64,000 nucleotides of DNA. Source: an uncultured delta proteobacterium. Its GTDB lineage: Bacteria; Myxococcota; Myxococcia; Myxococcales; Anaeromyxobacteraceae. Made by a program: the position numbers and the translations under genes. The stretch is taken from assembly GCA_963766715.1 (NCBI GenBank), contig CAVYBH010000008.1, forward strand, positions 800,001-864,000, read 5' to 3'. Below the pieces are notes generated by a model, which was not told where the DNA came from, searched no databases, and saw only the letters and a program-made list of their open reading frames with translations. Numbering within the stretch: position 1 is the first letter of the stretch; every line of letters starts with the position of its first letter. Positions 63,393 to 64,000 of this stretch are shown one piece after another.

Positions 63393-64000
63393 ATGAACGT
63401 CCCCAATCGCCTTCGCTTCTGCGCCGCGTTCGCCGTCCTCGCCGCCCTTGCATGGGTCCATCCTTCCGAGGCGTGCACGTCGATGCTCGTCCGCGCGGCG
63501 GACGGAGGGTGCGTCTACGGTCGCACCCTGGAGTTCGGTCTCGACCTCCGGTCGCAGTTCATCCTCGTTCCGCGCGGGTACGCCGTCACCGCGACCGGCC
63601 CGGCCGGGGAGGTCGGCAAGGGCGGTCTCGCCTGGAAGACCCGGTACGCCGCCACCGGCATGAACGCCCTCGGCCTGCCCATCATCGTCGACGGGGTGAA
63701 CGAGAAGGGGCTTTCCGGCGGGATGTTCAACTTCCCGGGATATGCGCAGTACCCGGGCGTCCCCGCTGGCCAGGAAGGCCGGTCGGTGGCCTCCTTCGAG
63801 GTCGTGCTCTGGGCGCTCACCAGCTTCGCCACGGTGGACGAGATCCGGGCGGCGCTGCCGAAGGTGATCGTGTCCGGCGTGAAGCTCGCTGCGTTCGACG
63901 ACTCCGTGCCGGCGATGCACTACTCCTTCCACGACGCCACCGGAAAGAGCCTCGCCGTCGAGTACGTGGACGGCGGCACGCTCCGGATCTACGACAACCC
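63393..64000 (+). CDS. Choloylglycine hydrolase/penicillin V acylase family Ntn hydrolase (partial)
   Basis: Signal peptide ending SEA then CT nucleophile; GRTLEF; DGVNEKGL; HY.FHDATG.S..VE. Confidence 0.92.
   Translation, partial: MNVPNRLRFCAAFAVLAALAWVHPSEACTSMLVRAADGGCVYGRTLEFGLDLRSQFILVPRGYAVTATGPAGEVGKGGLAWKTRYAATGMNALGLPIIVDGVNEKGLSGGMFNFPGYAQYPGVPAGQEGRSVASFEVVLWALTSFATVDEIRAALPKVIVSGVKLAAFDDSVPAMHYSFHDATGKSLAVEYVDGGTLRIYDN

Overview
Very GC-rich bacterial chromosomal window. Gene content and histidine-kinase style suggest an Anaeromyxobacter-like myxobacterium (inference). It is an accessory patchwork of about 60 genes: two Cys-type sulfatases, an Lpp/OprI-like lipoprotein with two L,D-transpeptidase-family genes, seven orphan sensor kinases (one fused to REC and hemerythrin) plus a kinase remnant, an ABC permease/ATPase pair, a three-module Met-rich lipoprotein, a CzcCBA-type RND system with an RPP-ending His/Cys leader ORF, aldehyde dehydrogenase plus DUF779, an AraC regulator next to two genes sharing a duplicated 73-bp upstream element, and a stand-alone gvpA with a GvpC-like ORF behind a sigma-54-type promoter. 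Many genes at 0.4-38.4 kb are frameshifted, probably from assembly indels, so their coordinates are approximate. No rRNA, tRNA, CRISPR array or transposase was recognised. All family assignments come from recognising motifs by eye, not from database searches.
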